A stretch of DNA of 64,000 nt from Paraspadella gotoi (lineage: Eukaryota; Animalia; Chaetognatha), in contig CM119268.1 in assembly GCA_051294375.1 (NCBI GenBank), positions 19,806,785-19,870,784 on the forward strand, read 5' to 3'. Positions 23,270-35,900 of the stretch are shown piece after piece; the first letter of the stretch is position 1; every line of letters starts with the position of its first letter. The translations under genes were made by a program, and so were the position numbers. The notes below the pieces were generated by a model. The model was not told the origin of the DNA. It made no database searches and was given only the letters and a program-made list of their open reading frames with translations.

Positions 23270-26200
23270 AAATGGGGCACCAGCCAGCTGCCTACACGAC
23301 ACAGGGGCCTCCATAAACACAATACAAGGAGGTTTGTAGACGAATGGTCGCTAACAAACAAGATTTATAGTGGAAACCCACTAAGAGTAACGACAGGAAA
23401 CGGGCCGATCACTATAAGAGAAAGACTGAACCTGAGAGTGATGTTTCAAAACTGGATTCTAGACACAGTATTCTTCGTCTCACCGGACGCCGAGGACAGA
23501 GACGTGATACTAGGCACGGCGACGACCGACCCAGGGCCCAGCGAAGAGATGTGGGTGATAACGCCAAATGATAAAGACGGAACGCAGGTAGCCCACATGA
23601 ATGGAAAACCGGTAACCCACCTGTTCAAAAGCAAGCAGAACGCCCTAAGAGCCGCCAGATGGCTGGCCAGGCAATACATAGACGACAGAACAGAGATTCC
23701 ATTGTTCGCAGAAGCAAATGGCACCGGAACACCAAGGTCAGAGCGGCACGCACATATTGGAAATCACTAGCCGATTCAAATGGCTGATGGAATCAGCAGA
23801 CGGAAAGACAGCAGTTACGGTAACGGGAAACGACCTGAAAGAAGGAGTTGAACTCCCAGGAAAACCGGGCACATGGGATCAGCCAGAATAATCATCACGG
23901 AAAACGCAGCCAGAGAGCTAGGGCTGAAGCCGCACTGCGCAGAGCAGACCGTGGACGCCGACTTCACAGGTGGAGAACCCAGACTACGAAAAGCCTGTAA
24001 AACAGACATCCCACCAACAACGATAGTAAGACACACCCATCGAAGGAAGAGATCGAACAAGCAGACAAAGCCAGGAGCAGAAGGAGACAAAAGCATGATG
24101 ACAGAGGCCGAGAAGCTTTCCTGAAGCCATTCAAGGAAATAGACCCATCCCTCAGCGAAAAAGCAGACGAAGTACTTGACGTGGTCTGGGAATACAGAGA
24201 CGTATTTGGCGAATCGATTAACGATTGCAAGGAAGGCTTCCTGAACTATAAAGTTGACCTGGGATTCACAACAAACAACTTACCCAAGCCAAGATTCATG
24301 AATCAAGGCCCTGTCAAGAAAGCGCGCCCTAAAGAGGTACCTAGAAGTGTACGAACAGCAGGTGTCGTCTCAAGAACGACGGGTGAGGCATATTCAAACG
24401 CCTTCCTAATAAAGAAGCCGAACCACATCAAAGAAGGCCAAAACGAAATGGATGACGAAACGTTCGCTAAACAATGGCGACTCATTGCGATCTCTCAGCG
24501 GTAAACAGAAATATATCAACTTTCGCCACAGAGCCGCAGACAATACATCCATCTTGGAACAATACAAACCACATGAGCTCCAGTGCTCAGTGGACATCCT
24601 AGCCTGTTTCCATCAGGTAAAATCTGACTGACAGAAGCAAACCCGTGACCACCTTTGCCGGCGCAGGGCACAATTGGAAGATGAACAAACTCCCGATGGG
24701 AGGCGTAAACAGCATAAATGTACTGCAAGCGATAACTCGACGAATCTTCGCGGATCTAGGAAGAGACGTCAAAAGTTTCCTCATATACGTGGACGACCTG
24801 ATCCTCACAGCAAAGTCGCCGGAAGAAATGGCAGACAGGTTAAGAGAATTCCTTGAAATCTGCAGGAAAAGAATGTGGTCCTCAAGTGGACAAAAGCGTC
24901 CTCTTAAGGAAAGATGACATCAAAATCCTAGGCTTCAGCATCTCGAAGGACAAACTGAAACCCCAAAGGAAAAGCTTGAGCAGGCGGAGCTAAGACTGAA
25001 AGAGATCAAGACGCAAAAGGAACTACGCGCGCTGTTAGCGTTGCTAAATTATTACAGGTGCTTCACGCATCGATTCTCATACCTGGCGCAGCCCCTCCAC
25101 GCGCTAACCCTGGTCGACAAGAAAGACTTCGAATTCAGAGACAAGCACGAAAAGCCTTAGAAACGTTAGTAGAGGAAATCAAATCGACACCGGGGCTAAA
25201 TTTCCTAAACGACGCAAAAATCAAAATGGTGAGTACAAAATTTACGCTGACGCAAGCACAAGCGCCATGGGGGGCCTAATTACAGCAACGGCTAACGGAA
25301 CCGAATACCCCCTCAGTTTCCACTCAAAATCATTCCAGAAGAGTACAGAATAAAACATCAACATCCTAGAAACACTCGCTTTCAACATGATGGTGAGAAA
25401 GTTCAAAGGTTACATTTGTGGAAGAAAGGTCAGTCTAGTGACAGACTCACAATACTTCAAAAGAGTAATGGACCAGCAACACGACAAACAGCAGCTGCTC
25501 CCAACGAACGTACTACGCTGGATAACAGAAATCCGCCAAGAATGCCACCCCTCAGAGATCATCTTAGTAAAAAGTGGCGACAACCCAGCGGACTTTTTAA
25601 CCAGATTCACTGATCAAAATCAAATCACCCCACTAGACACGCCTTTCCTAGCCGCAGGCTTCGACATCGACGGCAGTTACGAACCAGGCTTCACCGAAGA
25701 ACCGTTGTCAGGCGAGTCGTGGCAGGACACCTGGAACTCAGGGTAGGCGGAGCGCCGATACTAGGAATAATAGCCACCGCACTAAACATCGACGAAAAAT
25801 GCTTTCGAACAAAATTCTTCGAATTCATGAAAAGCTATTTCTCTCGCCAGAGGGCGAACATAAAAAAGCTGTACGGCGCACCAAAAACAAAAAGACGTTT
25901 GTACGTTTATCAGAACAATCTCTGCAAAGGACTGGTCACTGGGCCACCCAGAGCTAGAAGCACTAGCAAACATGACAGGTATATGCATCAAAATACTAGA
26001 CGAGGACAGCACCGCACAAGCCGGCTGTAAGTACGAAAAGGTGTACGGCGGAGGAAAGGAAAGAGAAATAAAGATCTTCAGAAACAACCACCGGCCAAGC
26101 TTCGCTGATAAGCGATACCGAACGAAGAATGAGAGCCATCAGACACCTAGTGATGGCCCCCGCCAGAACAATGAAATATTAAACATCGGCCTAGAACACA

Positions 26201-28135
26201 GAATAGAAGAGGAAAGAGCCTATCGCAGGCGGGTACCCAGAGCCAGATTGGCGCCAGCACCATAAATGAGACCATCTGCAATGCTCCCCGCCGACACCGT
26301 CATGATCGGCCAAAATCTCACGCGAGACCAGCAAACCAGAACCGAAGAAGAGTACCGGGACCACCGCTGGAGGCACCAACCGAGATAGATAGGACGAGGC
26401 GGCTCCACCAAACTCAGAGGTGACAAACGCAGGCCCCAACGGAATCAACCAGAGTTTTCGAGAAGAGAACACAACAGGAAAAGCTGAACGAAGAGAGGCG
26501 GGACCCCCGTCCCAAGACAATCAACCACCGGTGAGAACAGCAGGCCCACCAAACTCCCCCGACAGAACCGAACAAGTACAGCCAACGTTCCGGAGATAGA
26601 ACCGGAAACGAACAGGAAAACGAAGAAAACGAGGACCCGATAGAACCAACAATCCAAGAGGCTACGACCGCCCCTCAAGTCACGGAAATAATAACCGATT
26701 CAACAATCGAAGCTTCAGTCGAGGTAGACGAAATTGACCTCGAAAGGACTTATCAAATAACGTCAGACGTGACTCCTCAATAATGCCAATGAGAACTGAG
26801 ATAAAAAGCTGGCAGAACGATTGCAACGAAATCAAGGACGCCAAGGAGATATACAAAACCATGGCGCGGGTGGCCTCAGAACGCATTTGGAAGCAGGTGA
26901 GAGAAAATCACTCACACCCACGCAAGCATTCCTCCTCCGGAACGTAGACGATCTGGAGATAACCAAAGATGGAATCCTCTGCGTTATCGGCTTCACAGCA
27001 ACGAGCCGGTCAACAAGATATATCATCCCACAACAAAATCTTAAGGAGGTAGTAAAGAGGATACACGAAAAACTAGGCCATCCAGGAAGAGATCGATCAG
27101 CTTACCTAGCCGCGCAGTACATAGCGGCCCGAATATGGTAAACAGCTGCGGGGAAATGGTGCTCGAGTGCGACCGTTGCAGGCGCGCCACCGACGAAATG
27201 CAATTTAATGAAACCGAGTCAAGACCAACAGCAGCTCGAATCCCATGGGAATCGCTAAGCATCGACGTTATGCACTTACCCCCAGTGGGGGCTACAACCA
27301 CGTCCTAGTGGCCTCAGACAACGCATCAGCCTACACATGGGCGATCCCACTAAGACGAGCCGATGCACAACACGTAATCAAAGCCCTCGATGCGAATATA
27401 TTCCTGCTACATGGTAACTACCTAGAGGTAAATTTTGACGGAGCCACGTCGCTAAACGGCGAAGAGATGAGAAGTATATTGAACGTGCTAGACATGAGCG
27501 GAAGAAGGATCCTAGTCTCCAGAAAGAACAGTAATCGAGCCGAAAGAGACATAGGCAGAATTAGGCAAGCACTAAGAAAGACCCTAAATGATGACCCGAA
27601 CAAGTGGATCAACGCGCTGCCATACTTAATGCTCACTCTGAATGCGACGCCCATAACAGGATGGAAAACAAATATGTCACCACACGAACTCCAATTCGGT
27701 AATAGGCCAAGACTGATAGAGGCGCCCGATGAAGAATCATACGAATGCCTAGCAGATTATGCACAGAGGCGAGCGGATAACCAACAAGAAGCACAGAAAC
27801 AAATCGTAGAGCAGAGATTCATCAGGCATAGACTCACAAAAAGAGGTAACCGCTTCAGAAACCCAAAGAAGATCAAAACAGGAGACGAAGTCTACGCAAG
27901 ACGTGACTTATTGAAAACAGGCGCCGCACCTACACAAAATAAGGTGAAAACAATTTACACAGGCCCACACAAAGTGATCGAGGCTAGGGGAAACCATTAT
28001 GTAATAAATATCAACGGAAAGCGCTCACTCTACCACAGACGCCGCCTCAAACTAAAAGGCGGTGACTCAGACGATTCAGAACCTAAGGAGAAGTATAAGC
28101 GAAGAGACGCTAAACATACAAATTTAAATACTTAA
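23270..28135 (+). pseudogene. pol: pol (PR-RT-RNaseH-[OTU-like]-IN), frameshifted
   Basis: LHDTGAS protease; PMGGVNS/YVDD RT; DASTSAMGG RNase H; HEKLGH...C..C zinc finger; integrase core; YTGPHKV GPY/F motif. Confidence 0.88.
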
Positions 28136-28541
28136 CAAAAACGACTACACATTCCACAAGTGATTAAAGAGAAAAGGCAAACAACTCATAAATTCAATAG
28201 CGCAAAGTCAACTTCAAGGTAAGGGTTAAACGAAACTAAAACCAACAAAGGAAAGTAAAAGAGAAAGAATAAAGAATAAGGAGTAAAGATAAAGTAGATA
28301 TAGGCCAGAACAGACAGAGAAAGACCCAGTTCCTCCTCAACCCGACTCACCGGGAAAACGCCGGCCGATCGCTTCGCGATCGCCCGAGGAGGAAGGGGGC
28401 AGACCAGACGCTCGAAACGATGATAGGAAAGACGACGAGCTACGAGCGCCTGAAAGAAGCAGAAGGGAAATAGGAGGCTCACAATCGTTCGAAAGTTGCT
28501 CAGAAAAAAAAGCCAAACAAGAAGAGACCACGCAACCCAAA

Positions 28542-29609
28542 ATGCAGACGAAACGATTGTGATTGTCCTCACCGTAGGCGCAGCGGTCGACGCAACCATG
28601 CTCGTCGGAGAGAACGGGCACGGCATTCTAAAACAAAAGATTGGAGTATTCGACTGCAATACGACATCCGAGCACAAGGATGTCGAGCTGCGGACTCACG
28701 GTAGACGAGACTTCCTCGCCCCACTTCTTCTACGTAGAGGACGGATTCAGGGAATCAAACGGGACACATCGGTAATGGAAGCCATCATGAAACAGCGTCG
28801 AAGTTAGCGCAGAGCAACCAGGAGAATATCGACTCACTCACGAAAGCAGTGCGACATGAGCTTTGCGTAACGAGGGCGCGCGAAGCAAGGACGGCGGCTA
28901 TCGAGGCCCACCGCTCGCCGGCGGCTACCACGTTCATCGACCGCGGCGAGATTGCCGTCCTACGCGGGGAACTGTTGGTGACCGCCAAATGCGACAAACC
29001 CTCGCCCTCCGAGGGAGACCGAAAAGTGCTACCAAGACATGCCCATCTCTTTCGGAGACGGGAAGCATACCGCCACGCCATCTATCATCACGTGATAGAC
29101 TCCTCGTTCGAAACGCCTTGCTCCCCTCCTCCTGTCTACCAATTAGGCGACAGATTTGTCGACAACGACGGGCGTCCGTTCGACAAATACCAGACGCTGC
29201 GAAACGACGCTTCCGGACGCCAAACATCATGTCACGAGCGAGATTTCCATCTACGAGGAAGTAAGGCGGTTTATGGATCGTCACGCAAAGTTCACGGGGC
29301 AAACCCAGCGCTTCAATGAACGGCTGGGGAAATCACCGCCGGATCACCGTCATCCTTCATCCGGCGGATCTTCGGCGACTCGTCCTAGTGGAAATATGGA
29401 ACTGGCTTGTAAACTTGGCGCCACTCATGGGACTCATAGCCGTCGGAGGAGTGGTCGCTGTCTGCGTCTGTTGCGGCTGCTGTCAGTGCGCGACTGGCTG
29501 CATCCGCCGCCAAGCGGAGCGGTCGGACAGAACGTCGACGCCGCCATCGGCCGCGCTGCAGGACGACGACGAGACTCAGTGCCAGTCTAAGACCTGTCCC
29601 CTCGTCTGA
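28542..29609 (+). pseudogene. env: env-like glycoprotein (class III, herpes gB/chuvirus-like), internally deleted and frameshifted
   Basis: Signal-like TIVIVLTVGAAVDA; GVFDC; ELC...SP...GELLVTAKC; CYQDMPI; PC.PPPVYQ; C-terminal TM and Cys-rich tail. Confidence 0.65.
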
Positions 29610-29986
29610 GCGGCGGGGGGGCGCGTCAGCGGATATGGGATCCGCCTCCACTCTATTTCGATCTACGTGAACTCTCTCTCTCTCCCTCTCACTCTCTCCC
29701 CTCCCACTCTCTCCCTCTCTCTGTTTTTCGATCGTGGTTTTAGCTCATAGCGAATCAGAGGGCGGAGAGTGGGACTAGGTCATAGGGAATTGTTTCATGG
29801 GCCGAGGGAGTAGACGAAGGACTTTAGTTATCAGAAGCGAAGCTGCCCTCGCCCGAATGGTTGCAATATTATTTCTAGCAATTTCGTTTTATTCTCTTTG
29901 CGCTTTAAAACTGTAAATAAGTAAATACAACTTATGCTCGTATTTCAAATTCTCTTTGTAANNNNNNNNNNNNNNNNNNNNNNNNN

Positions 29987-32900
29987 TTATCGATTACGTG
30001 ATACTCTCTCTCTCTCCTCTCCAACTTTCCTCTACTGTCTCTGAGTCTCCCTTCAGTTTTCGTTACCCTTACTCTGCATAGCTTCGACTTTGCGCTTATC
30101 TGACATTCTATGCAGTTGTTTTGACTTCTTTTTATCACTTTGAATGTGTCTATGTTCGTGTTTTGGTGATGTATTAATTCCATTTTGTATGCATGTTTCA
30201 TTATGACGTCTGCTCGTGCGACAACTTCTCCTTTAGGATCATTTCTATGCGAGGAGGTCCCAACCGGGCCCGTTGATTGGGGGTCACGTTGGTGGGTTAA
30301 CTAGTGATGCCATAGATTGTATTGAGTGCCGAGGGCGTAGTAGAGAACTTTTAGTTTCAGAAGCGAGCTGCCCTCGGCCAGAATGGGGGATTTATAGCTC
30401 AACGTCTACAATATTATGTCTGTGTAGGCACTTATTTTTCGCCTTTTGTAGTTCTTCTCGTTATGACGGCTTATATCTAACAAATCCCTTGTAAAATTAT
30501 AGGTAAATTGGACAGAACTTCTATGCTGATGCTCATGGGTTTACTTTCAGATCTCCACCTCGTCATCTTTTGTGAATATAAATCTAGTTTGGACACATCT
30601 TTGTTCGGGAAAGTAATCACCGTGCCTCGGCACATTGCAGGTGTCGATGTCTCAAGGCCGCTTATCCACACGGCCAATTAACGGTTGGTTCGGTTGCTTC
30701 CGATCGTGAGAATATTAAATCTGTTATTATAAGTTAAACAAAATTATCACCACAAAATGTCTATAACTGGTACGGACTCAGGTGGGCGAAAGTCAAAAAT
30801 TCGAAAAAGAGACTCAAATTTTTAAAAAAGAAACAATACCGGTTCCGCTCAATCTCTGATACTGAGGGTCTGTCAATATTTACGGAATTACTTGGATTCG
30901 CTAGAGTTTTCTTGAAAAAACAGGGCAAAACAATGGATATACCTCACTAGGTCCGCTTGTCGAAGTACTGGCCTAATCCTATTAAACGTCCCGCTGCGCG
31001 TGTTCTCCCGTTCCGGATGGTCAATCTATCTCCCTGGTCCGAAGTAAGAAATTAAGAAAAAACAGAAAAATGAGGCAATCCCAAAAATATTTACTCTAAG
31101 GTTGTAAGAATAATTAACCAGAGAGTGACGGAAATAATCCATGCTGCGGGGCACCTCTCACCTAAAAGGGTTAGTTTGGGCAAGCCATACAACGATATCA
31201 CGCTCGCAGTACGCCTGAGTACATGGGGTGGCGCAGAAAAACTACCTGTGGGCATACGTGAAGCCAAGGGAGGGAGCTACGCGATTGAAGATCCGTACCC
31301 CGATACCTCGCGGGTCGCGTTGCAGTATGTCCGAAATAGCCCCTTAGCCTGCACTCGCCCATGGGATTCGAGGGCCTCGGGTAGGAGGAACTAACCTGCA
31401 GATTTGATAATATCGCCCGAGAATGTAGTACCAACCGTCGAGACCGCCATGCAGACACCGTGGCGCGCCTGCCATGGTCGCACCGCACCGCCGCCAAGCG
31501 TGGTGTGACGGAAGCGCCAGCCCGTCTGAATTGGTCATGCTAGACGAACCTCGGAGCTAAGGTAGTATCTCGGATGCCGTTGTGTATCTCTAGACACTGC
31601 CGTAATTTTGTTGGTATGGGGTCGGTTAATGATTATTGACTAGCTACGATAGTACCCCCCGTTAGTTGAAAGCGCCATGTCAATAACGCGCCACGGGAGG
31701 TTCCAATTCTTGGATTCATGACCCATGACGGCCAGAGGAAATGCACTCTGGCAAGTGCTGCCGGGGTGAGTTTTTCTTACCTGTTCCAAATGCGTTCTGA
31801 GGTCCATCGCCACGCAAAGATCCCATGTATTAAGTTTGTACTTAATCCTCCTCCCTTGGCTGCTCTTGATTTCGTTGGCAAGTACCGGTTGTCTTGCCGG
31901 CTTTTTAATACGATCAATTCGAATCGTTGGCGCAGCCGATATCGGCCAAAGATGTCGACTTAGACAGAAGATTAATTATTGCAATAAAGTTGCCTCATAA
32001 TGATGGTGCACATAGTTCCTTTAACCTACGACTATCGACTAGCTTCTCGGATTGGTTTGAAATCGGTATTATTCTTTCCGTGACCTGTAGGAAGGGACGG
32101 CTAGCCTCCTTATGGAAAGATTGGTTGTTCGATGCTCCTCGTTTCTTGCTTCGGTTTGCCAGTTGATATCAGATGTTAGCGTTCTATCTCCACGAAAGAA
32201 GTTGGCTGGTACTGGCATGTACTATGGCGTTCTGTCAGGCAGGGCAGTTATCATCGCGATGATATAAGCCTTGGTCCAACCACAGCTAGCTTAACTCCGA
32301 AGCTCTGGGAGTTCCGCCGGCGGCCGCTGATTTCTTGGGGCGGAATACACGCCAAGCGGTGCGTCCCGCTCTCCTTCGTTCCCTGCGCCGATTTCCAAGC
32401 AGAGGGGGCTCTGTTTTCGTTTTCTCAGAACCAAGTGTATTCGGTGTTCCGACCGCCAATCAGCCGTTACATGGCTCCGTGGGCTTGCTTGGTTATTTGT
32501 CAACGACTGCTCTGAGTTCGGTGGCCGGCCTCGTCCCTATCTATCTCGGTTGGTGCCTCCAGCGGTGGTCCCGTACTTCTTCGGTTCTGGTTCTGCGTCT
32601 CGCGTGGAGATTTTGGCCGCATGACGCATGTTCCGGCGAGCGCCGCCCCCCCCTCCCTCCCGCACAACTCCGAACAAACGCCACCACACACCCAATCCCG
32701 AACAATCCTCTTGCAGCATAAGGTCTCATGTGAGAATTGGGTGCTGGCCGCCGAGAGTCTGGCTCTAGGGTACCCGCTAGGCCGACTCAGCAGGATCTCT
32801 CGTCCTCTCTTCTTATTCATCGCGCGCAGTAAGATATCCGTCCCGAAGTAAGGCCCAGCCAGTCCGATGTACTCAGGCTATTTGCGTAAACTGGTCTCCA

Positions 32901-35900
32901 GTGCGGGAGCGATCTACTAGGCGACGTGTCGCGGCAGCCCCTGCTCCTTCTTCGTCGGATCCTTAATCAGCGAAGGCGGTGGTTGTCTAGATTAATCTAC
33001 GTGCCCTCTCTCCCGCCGTACCTTTCGTACTCCAGCCGGTGCCGTGTGTCCCTCGTCAGTATGATACATTACGTATGTGGGCGTTGCGTGGCTTCTAATC
33101 CTTCTAGCAAAGACTCGGCGCAATCTCACGTGCGCCTGATCGAGAAACCAAGTCCTTTGGCCCAAAAGAATGGACATGTGCTCTCATCTGATAACACCAA
33201 ACCGTGCTTTGTTTTAGTGGGTACGAGACCCAGTAAAACAGCCAGATCTTTTATTGGCTCTGACTGGTTGCTCCGAGAGAAAGTACTTCAAGGCTTGAAT
33301 TTCGAAAGATTTGTTTGAAAGGCATGTTCGCGGGTTCGCATATGTTTACTAGAGGAATGCCCCTCAAGAACTGCGATTTCGAGAAAAACGGGGGTTGGAA
33401 CGGAAGCCGTAACTAACTCCAAGCCTAATTCTCGTAGCCATCGCGTTCGCCACCGCTCCTGAGTTTCGAGGGATGAGGATGGCTAACCGGGACCCGACCT
33501 ATTTCCGGTGAACTAAACCCGGTGGCTGATCTCCGCATGTGACAGACGCCCCCGCTGAGTCGTATATGGACAACGGGCTCCTCGAGAAGGCATCGAGTGC
33601 TTTGCAAAGAGTCATCTGTCACAGCGGCGGAAATAGCCGAGAAGATAGTGGTGAAGGTGGACCCGAAGGAACACTCCGAGTACGGACTCCCACTAGTGAA
33701 CTCGATCTACAAAAAGTTCGACGCTGTCGCACCCGAAGAACGTGACGCAGTCTCGCGCCACGTCGCCCGCCTGTTGACGAAGGCGCTGGACCCGTACCCC
33801 TGGCATCTCAAGAGAGGTACTGAAATTCAGGAACCTCATCGACACAGGAAAACGCCGCGAGCTAGGAAAGGAAATCGAGTGGATCCTGCGTGGATGGCTC
33901 GAAACGTACGGATACAAATCGGAAGGCACCGCTCGCCGCTTCATAAACTCAGTGAAGGAGAACGACTGCCAGATCCTCACAGACTCGCTCCTGAAGAAGG
34001 GTCTGAGCGACAAAAACCCCGCCGAGAGCGCGAACGCCCTGTATCAAGGAGCAATGATGCAGGAAGCAAACAACACGCGCGAGCTCATGGAGAAGCTCAC
34101 GAAAAGCATGTCGGCGATCCAAAGGGCCGTCGAAACAAAGAAGGACGACGGCAGATGGAGAGGGCGCCAGCCAGGGACACCAGACGCCCAGAATGGCGTG
34201 ACAGGCGCGACGGAGGGGGCGACAGGCGCTGGCAGGGCAGACAGGCCCGCACAGACAAAAATTTCCGAAGGGATAGATTTGAATTTAGGCGCAGAGACGC
34301 GATTGAAACCGATGAATTAGATGTCAAACCACTAATAAAAATTTCGAAAATTTCTTACTTTGTCGAAGCCCTTGCGGCTAGGAATTAAGGGAACGTGTCC
34401 CTGTGCTGGCGTGGCGATTAATTACGTTGATGTTGAATTTCCAAAGTCAGATATGAAAAAACAAAGGGGTGAAAATTCCCCGGGCAGAAGAGGTGTAAAA
34501 AAATAGTCGGCGCTGGGAAGTCTTGTGTTCGACACCAGCACTCTGTCTTCTCCTTAAGGCTGACATATGACATTCCTCTCGTGACGGGGCTGGCACTTCT
34601 TGGCGCGCTCATTCGTGTTTAATCCAAAGCATGCTCAAGATGTGACGTTTCGATATGGAGGCAAGCGTCAAAAGACTCTGAATGTTAGAGCATGCGTTAG
34701 CTTCGATCTTGGCTGGTCCAATTTCACTCTTGTCTGAAGTATTTATGCTAGAAGTTCTGTCTACCTCTAGAGACTGACCTTCTCTTCCCACAATAAGCGC
34801 TTAAAACTATTTGAAACCTTTCATTGCGCAACTGCCAATACATATTGTCTGAAAAAACCAGAGGACGTGTTTTACTGAGGATGGTTGATGTGTGTTAATT
34901 CCTACTCTTCTGCGCAGCAAACTAGGACTGATTAATAAAGAACTTTTTGGTGCGCTCGCGAGGGCTGAGAAAACGGGAAAACCTGAATGGGTGTGGAACC
35001 ATCCCGAGTTCCCCAGAATAGCACCCCGTAGTATGCCTGATAATCTTGGTTTCCCTCACCGCTTGTGGAGCGGTATAGTCGGAACTTGCAGAATCGAGGC
35101 CCCGTGGCCGAAAACGTTCTCCGCTGAAAGACAAATTCGCACCACCGTTCAAACGCTTCCTCAAGCGTAGCGCTAGAAAAAGCTCTTTGCTCAACCAAAT
35201 TTTTTATAGAATGGTTCTCTGGGCGGGCAATCAGTTCTAGGAAATTTGCCCCAGGTGTCGATGTGTGCAGTGGAAAACGTTGGGTTGCTAACCTGCCTTT
35301 AAGGCGCTTTCAATGGTCAGAGGTCTCTAAGCATACGACTGAAAAGTCTTCCCTCCGCCCCTTGTCCGCGACAACCCAACCTCGCAAGCTGAGAAGGTCG
35401 GAAAAGCTATAAGACACAGGCCGATATGGAAAGCCAAAGCCAGACTATGGAGAACCTCTTTTGCGCCAGTATGAGATTCGGAATCGGTGAGAAGCACCTG
35501 TGTTTAACTTTTAGACATCTCCCGCCTACAGCGTAGTTTCCTGGTCCAGCTAAAGGTCGAGAAAGTCTATGAATCTTTACACATAGGCGCGACTACGAGC
35601 TCCGCCCCTGCTAAAAGCTTTCCTATAGAGTGAGCACAGAATACATCCGGAGAGCTAACCTATATAAGTCAGTGCGTAGTGCGTTTGCACCAAGAGAACC
35701 ACGATCTAGATAACCGAAGGAATGGGCTTGAGGTCGGCACTAAACGGCAGGAATGTTTTGTCCATGCATGCCTAGAGACGATGTATATCTGAACATCATG
35801 CCTCCGTTCACAAAAAGTACCCGTCCCTGTATAAGATGGCCAGGAAACGACATTTTGTTGACAGTAACAATATGCCCTCCCACCTCGGGAGGGATCCCAC

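Noticed and set aside
25650-25700. Second, retrovirus-type RNase H (FDIDGSY)
   Set aside because: No downstream RNase H motifs; the following sequence fits an OTU-like pattern better
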